From the NCBI GenBank assembly GCA_016875915.1, contig VGOM01000002.1, forward strand, positions 23,263 to 87,262: 64,000 nucleotides of DNA, in the 5' to 3' direction. Positions 60,393 through 64,000 of the stretch are shown one piece after another. Every line of letters starts with the position of its first letter. Positions within the stretch are counted from its first letter, which is position 1. The notes under the pieces were generated by a model that made no database searches, was not told the DNA's origin, and saw nothing but the letters and a program-made list of their open reading frames with translations. Both the position numbers and the translations under genes were made by a program. Source of the DNA: Chloroflexota bacterium (GTDB lineage: Bacteria; Chloroflexota; Dehalococcoidia; UBA2247; RBG-13-53-26).

Positions 60393-60950
60393 CTAACCTC
60401 TCACAAAGGGCATTCCCAGAAGCTCCAGCAGCCGTCTGGCTTCATCGTCCGTCTTGGCACTGGTCACAATGGTGACTTCCAGGCCCCGGGCCTTGTCCAC
60501 CTTGTCGTATTCAATCTCCGGGAACACCAACTGATCCTTCATGCCCAAACTGTAGTTGCCCCGGCCATCGAATGAGCCCCTGGGAACGCCCCGGAAATCC
60601 CTGATGCGCGGCAGCACCGCGTTGACCAGCCTGTCCAGGAATTCATACATCCTGCGCCCCCGCAGGGTCACTTTCATCCCGATGGGCATCCCCGTCCTGA
60701 GTTTGAAGGCGGCGATGGATCTCCGCGCCCGGGTGATGATGGGATGCTGTCCTGAGATGGTGGCCAGGTCCTTCTCCGCGCTCTCCAGAGCCTTGGGGTC
60801 CTGGATGGCCTCGCCCAGCCCGATGTTGATCACCACCTTCTCCAGCCGGGGCACACACATGACATTGGGGTACTTGAAGTCCTTCATCAGCGCCGGAAGG
60901 GCCTGACGGCTGTACCTGTCCTGCAGTCTCGGTCGGTTCTGCTTCTCCAT
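60393..60950 (-). CDS. rplE: 50S ribosomal protein L5
   Basis: L5 family. Confidence 0.95.
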   Translation of the reverse strand: MEKQNRPRLQDRYSRQALPALMKDFKYPNVMCVPRLEKVVINIGLGEAIQDPKALESAEKDLATISGQHPIITRARRSIAAFKLRTGMPIGMKVTLRGRRMYEFLDRLVNAVLPRIRDFRGVPRGSFDGRGNYSLGMKDQLVFPEIEYDKVDKARGLEVTIVTSAKTDDEARRLLELLGMPFVRG

Positions 60951-60955
60951 CTCCG

Positions 60956-61264
60956 CTAGTCCATAACCTCATGACAGGAAGAGCAGACACGAACCTTCTT
61001 CTCTTCCGTGAACCGGAAGCCCACCCGGGTGGGCTTGCTGCACTTGTTGCAGATCAGCATCACCTTGGACACCGGAAGCGGGGCCTCGCGTTCGATGACT
61101 CCCGCCTGTCTGGCCATGGCTCTGGCCTTGGTGTGCCTCTTGATCATGTTCACGCCGTCCACGATCAGCCGCTTCTTGTCAGGATAGGCGTACCTAACCT
61201 TGCCCTTCTTGCCCCTATCCTTCCCGGCGATGACCAGCACGTTGTCGTTCTTGTGGATCTTCAC
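60956..61264 (-). CDS. rplX: 50S ribosomal protein L24
   Basis: [23 protein letters not shown]. Confidence 0.93.
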   Translation of the reverse strand: MKIHKNDNVLVIAGKDRGKKGKVRYAYPDKKRLIVDGVNMIKRHTKARAMARQAGVIEREAPLPVSKVMLICNKCSKPTRVGFRFTEEKKVRVCSSCHEVMD

Positions 61265-61268
61265 TTGT

Positions 61269-61637
61269 CTAGAATACCTCCGGCGCCAGGGAGATTATCT
61301 TCGTGAAATCCTTCTCACGAAGCTCTCTCGCCACAGGCCCAAAAATGCGGCTGCCTTTGGGGTTGTTCTGCTCACCCAGAATCACGGCCGCATTGTCATC
61401 AAACCTGATGTACGAGCCGTCACGACGGCGATACGACTTGGTGGTCCTCACAATCACAGCCTTCACTACCTCCCCTTGCTTCACCACCCCCCTGGGCATG
61501 GCCTGCTTCACCGTGGCCACAATGATATCGCCGATGCTGGCGTATCTCCTCTTCGTGCCTCCAGAGACATGGATACACATGATGGTCTTGGCTCCAGTAT
61601 TGTCCGCCACTCGAAGCCGGCTATATATTTGGATCAT
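61269..61637 (-). CDS. rplN: 50S ribosomal protein L14
   Basis: Start at [17 protein letters not shown] (122 aa). Confidence 0.93.
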   Translation of the reverse strand: MIQIYSRLRVADNTGAKTIMCIHVSGGTKRRYASIGDIIVATVKQAMPRGVVKQGEVVKAVIVRTTKSYRRRDGSYIRFDDNAAVILGEQNNPKGSRIFGPVARELREKDFTKIISLAPEVF

Positions 61638-61908
61638 CCCGCTTAACCTCAACCATGTCGGCTCTGGCAACTATCTCTGCTATTCGCCAATGCTTGCTCT
61701 TGGAGATGGGGCGGCTCTCCACGATCCTCACCGTGTCGCCCGCCTGGCACGAGTTGCCCTCATCATGGGCCTTGAACTTGGCCTGACGTCTGACGATCTT
61801 CTTGTACAAGGGATGGGCTCGCCTGGACTCCACAGCCACCACCGCCGTCTTGTCCATAGCCCTGCTGACGACATGTCCGACCAGCGTCTTCCGCTTTCCC
61901 CTGCTCAT
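61621..61908 (-). CDS. rpsQ: 30S ribosomal protein S17
   Basis: S17 family. Confidence 0.93.
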   Translation of the reverse strand: MSRGKRKTLVGHVVSRAMDKTAVVAVESRRAHPLYKKIVRRQAKFKAHDEGNSCQAGDTVRIVESRPISKSKHWRIAEIVARADMVEVKRDDPNI

Positions 61909-61969
61909 CGGTCAACCCCGGACGATTCTCGCGCCTGCCTCTGCGCCATTCTCCATCTCTTCCTTCCAG

Positions 61970-62176
61970 CTAGGTTTGGGCTCCGGCCAGCTCCCTCTCC
62001 CGCAGCACGGTCTTGATCCTGGCGATCTTCCTCTTCGCCCTTCTCACCTCTCGGTGATTGGTGAGCTGCTTCGTGGCCAGGCGGAACCGCAGGTTGAACA
62101 GCTCGCGCTGCGCCTCCTCCAATTGACCTACCAGGTCAGTGTCGCTCAGCCCCCGGACCTCCTCCGCCTTCATCAA
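61970..62176 (-). CDS. rpmC: 50S ribosomal protein L29
   Basis: [31 protein letters not shown]. Confidence 0.93.
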   Translation of the reverse strand: MMKAEEVRGLSDTDLVGQLEEAQRELFNLRFRLATKQLTNHREVRRAKRKIARIKTVLRERELAGAQT

Positions 62177-62583
62177 GCCCCCTTGCCCACGACCTTGGTC
62201 TCCATGGGAAGCTTGTGTGAGGCAAGCCGAAACGCCCCCTTGGCCGCCTCCTCGTTCACGCCGCCGATTTCGAATATCACTCTACCCGGCTTCACCACCG
62301 CCACCCAGTGATCCAGGCTGCCCTTGCCACTACCCATTCGCGTCTCCGCCGGCTTCTTGGTTATCGGCTTGTCCGGAAACACCCGAATCCACAGCATCAC
62401 TCCGCGCCGAAGATTGTGCACAATAGCCCGCCGTGCCGCCTCAATCTGCCTGGCACTCAGCCGCCCACCCTGTGATGCCTGAAGCCCGAATTCCCCGAAG
62501 ACCAGGGTGTTGCCGGATTGAGCTTCCCCTCTGATCCTACCCTTCTGGATTTTTCGGTACTTCACTCTCTTTGGCTGCAGCAT
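62173..62583 (-). CDS. rplP: 50S ribosomal protein L16
   Basis: [16 protein letters not shown]. Confidence 0.95.
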   Translation of the reverse strand: MLQPKRVKYRKIQKGRIRGEAQSGNTLVFGEFGLQASQGGRLSARQIEAARRAIVHNLRRGVMLWIRVFPDKPITKKPAETRMGSGKGSLDHWVAVVKPGRVIFEIGGVNEEAAKGAFRLASHKLPMETKVVGKGA

Positions 62584-63313
62584 CTCTTCCCACCTCAGCG
62601 ATCTGTCCCAAAGTCACACCCTTATTGGATGCCCCACCAGCCGCCTGGGCCACGGGCTGCCCGGCCGGCGCCTCCATCTCCTCCATCTTCGGGAACACAT
62701 CGCCCTTGTATATCCAGACCTTAACGCCGATGCGACCCATCATGGTGCGTGCCTCACAGAGACCATAGTCGATGTCAGCACGCAGCGTGTGCAGAGGCAC
62801 CCTGCCCTCGCGGAGCGTCACTGTGCGTGCGATTTCAGCCCCGCCCAGCCTCCCGGAGCAGATGACCTTCACTCCCTTCGCACCCGCTTGCATCGTCCGC
62901 ATAATCGCACGCTTGATTGCCCTGCGATAAGATATCTGACGTTCCATCTGACCGGCAATGCTCTTGGCTACCAGATAGGCCTCCAGCTCGGGGATCCTGA
63001 CTTCCTGGATGTTCAGGCGGATCTTCTTGCCGCAAAGCGCCTCCAGCGAATTCCTCAATGCCTCCACCCTCTGCCCCCCACGCCCGATGACTATCCCCGG
63101 CTTGGCAGCATGAACAGTGACAGTCACTTCATTCGCCCACCGTTCAATATCCATCCTAGACACACCGGCTTCGTCGGTGCGCTCCCGAACCAGCCTGCGG
63201 ATGCGCGCATCCTCCTGCACCAGCGCGCCGTAGTTCCTGTGGGCATACCATTTGGAACGCCACTCGGTGCTTATGCCGATCCTGAACCCTACGGGATGAA
63301 CCTTATGCCCCAA
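62537..63313 (-). CDS. rpsC: 30S ribosomal protein S3 (with low-complexity C-terminal extension)
   Basis: KH and S3-C domains. The C-terminal Ala/Gly-rich tail overlaps the rplP start by ~47 nt. Confidence 0.93.
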   Translation of the reverse strand: MGHKVHPVGFRIGISTEWRSKWYAHRNYGALVQEDARIRRLVRERTDEAGVSRMDIERWANEVTVTVHAAKPGIVIGRGGQRVEALRNSLEALCGKKIRLNIQEVRIPELEAYLVAKSIAGQMERQISYRRAIKRAIMRTMQAGAKGVKVICSGRLGGAEIARTVTLREGRVPLHTLRADIDYGLCEARTMMGRIGVKVWIYKGDVFPKMEEMEAPAGQPVAQAAGGASNKGVTLGQIAEVGRDAAAKESEVPKNPEG

Positions 63314-63649
63314 TTATCCCTCCACATCAACTACGACTGTGATATGACTCGTGTGTCTCAGGATGGGACTCACCCTCCCCCTGGCCTGAGCGCGAATCCT
63401 CTTCAGAGTGGCACCCTGGTCTATCTGAATCCCGACCACCCTCAGATCAGAGGGCGTCATCTGGTGGTTGTTCTCAGCATTGGCAGCGGCCGACTTCACC
63501 ACCTTGGCCAGTGCCCGGGCACATGGAGAAGGCGATAGCTTCAGAATGGCCAGGGACTCCTCCACTCTCCTGCCCCGAACCAGACCGGCATACAGACGCA
63601 GCTTCTGCGGAGACACGCCCACGTATTTGGCCACAGCCTTGACTTCCAT
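63314..63649 (-). CDS. rplV: 50S ribosomal protein L22
   Basis: L22 family. Confidence 0.93.
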   Translation of the reverse strand: MEVKAVAKYVGVSPQKLRLYAGLVRGRRVEESLAILKLSPSPCARALAKVVKSAAANAENNHQMTPSDLRVVGIQIDQGATLKRIRAQARGRVSPILRHTSHITVVVDVEG

Positions 63650-63657
63650 CGAACCCT

Positions 63658-63933
63658 CTAGGCGGCTTTCTCCACCTTGCCAACATGGCTTCTGAACGTG
63701 CGGGTGGGGGCGAACTCACCCAGCCTGTGCCCCACCATGTTCTCGGTGACGAATATGGGCACATGCCTCCGGCCATCATGGACGGCAATGGTGTGACCCA
63801 CCATCTCGGGTACAATGGTCGAGGCCCGGGACCAAGTCTTGATCACCGTCTTCTGCCCCGCCACATCAACGGCCTTGACCTTCGCCATCAGCTTCGGGTC
63901 GACAAAGGGACCCTTCTTTATGGACCTGCCCAT
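63658..63933 (-). CDS. rpsS: 30S ribosomal protein S19
   Basis: [19 protein letters not shown]. Confidence 0.95.
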   Translation of the reverse strand: MGRSIKKGPFVDPKLMAKVKAVDVAGQKTVIKTWSRASTIVPEMVGHTIAVHDGRRHVPIFVTENMVGHRLGEFAPTRTFRSHVGKVEKAA

Positions 63934-63936
63934 TAT

Positions 63937-64000
63937 CTACTTCCCTCTCCGCTTCACGATCAACTTGTCACTGGCTCTCTTCTTGCGCGTCTTGTAGCCC
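63937..64000 (-). CDS. rplB: 50S ribosomal protein L2 (C-terminal end; gene continues beyond window)
   Basis: The minus-strand translation ends ...GYKTRKKRASDKLIVKRRGK*. Confidence 0.8.
   Translation of the reverse strand, partial: GYKTRKKRASDKLIVKRRGK

Overview
High-GC (~62%) bacterial chromosomal window. It carries housekeeping genes, a dense block of cytoplasmic hydrogenase and electron-bifurcation genes, and part of the ribosomal protein superoperon. No tRNA, rRNA, CRISPR or mobile elements were recognised.

Gene order, low to high coordinates:
- (-) partial OYE-family flavin oxidoreductase, alpha/beta hydrolase, rarA, a transglutaminase-like protein, a zinc-ribbon / LemA / HtpX-like M48 protease operon, and the competence genes comEC and comEA with a standalone ATP-grasp (ACD-beta-like) gene.
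- (-) a group-3c-like [NiFe] hydrogenase operon (mvhA-mvhG-mvhD) headed by a GltD/NfnB-like flavoprotein-ferredoxin fusion instead of hdrABC.
- (+) a 56-aa single-pass membrane protein, then a cytoplasmic PAS histidine kinase and a receiver protein with a lysine/proline-rich tail.
- (+) an Flx-Hdr-like cluster: HdrD-like CCG protein, hdrA, mvhD/flxD-like, two Fe-S subunits, and a HydG/AsrB/FlxA-like FAD/NAD(P) oxidoreductase.
- (+) a second, paralogous PAS histidine kinase with an OmpR-type regulator. On (-), a LuxR-type regulator.
- (+) a second copy of the small membrane protein, translationally coupled to a 139-aa cysteine-rich protein.
- (+) a group-3d NAD(P)-linked [NiFe] hydrogenase, hoxE-hoxF-hoxU-hoxY-hoxH, in which HoxF carries a C-terminal GltD-like domain.
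- (-) a NarL-type histidine kinase plus a duplicated LuxR regulator. On (+), an acyl-CoA dehydrogenase. On (-), two family-III CoA-transferases.
- (+) a methionine/SAM-cycle cluster (mtnA, mtnP, a core-MetE-like methyltransferase, ahcY, metK), then a phosphohexomutase and a PGI/PMI-type sugar isomerase.
- (-) ribosomal proteins from rpsI/rplM/truA/rplQ/rpoA through secY/adk/map/infA up to rplB (partial).

The most unusual content is the duplicated module: a small membrane protein (one copy with the Cys-rich partner), a shared palindromic upstream motif, and 4-Cys PAS kinases, embedded among three distinct cytoplasmic hydrogenase/bifurcation modules, two of them with non-canonical subunit composition.
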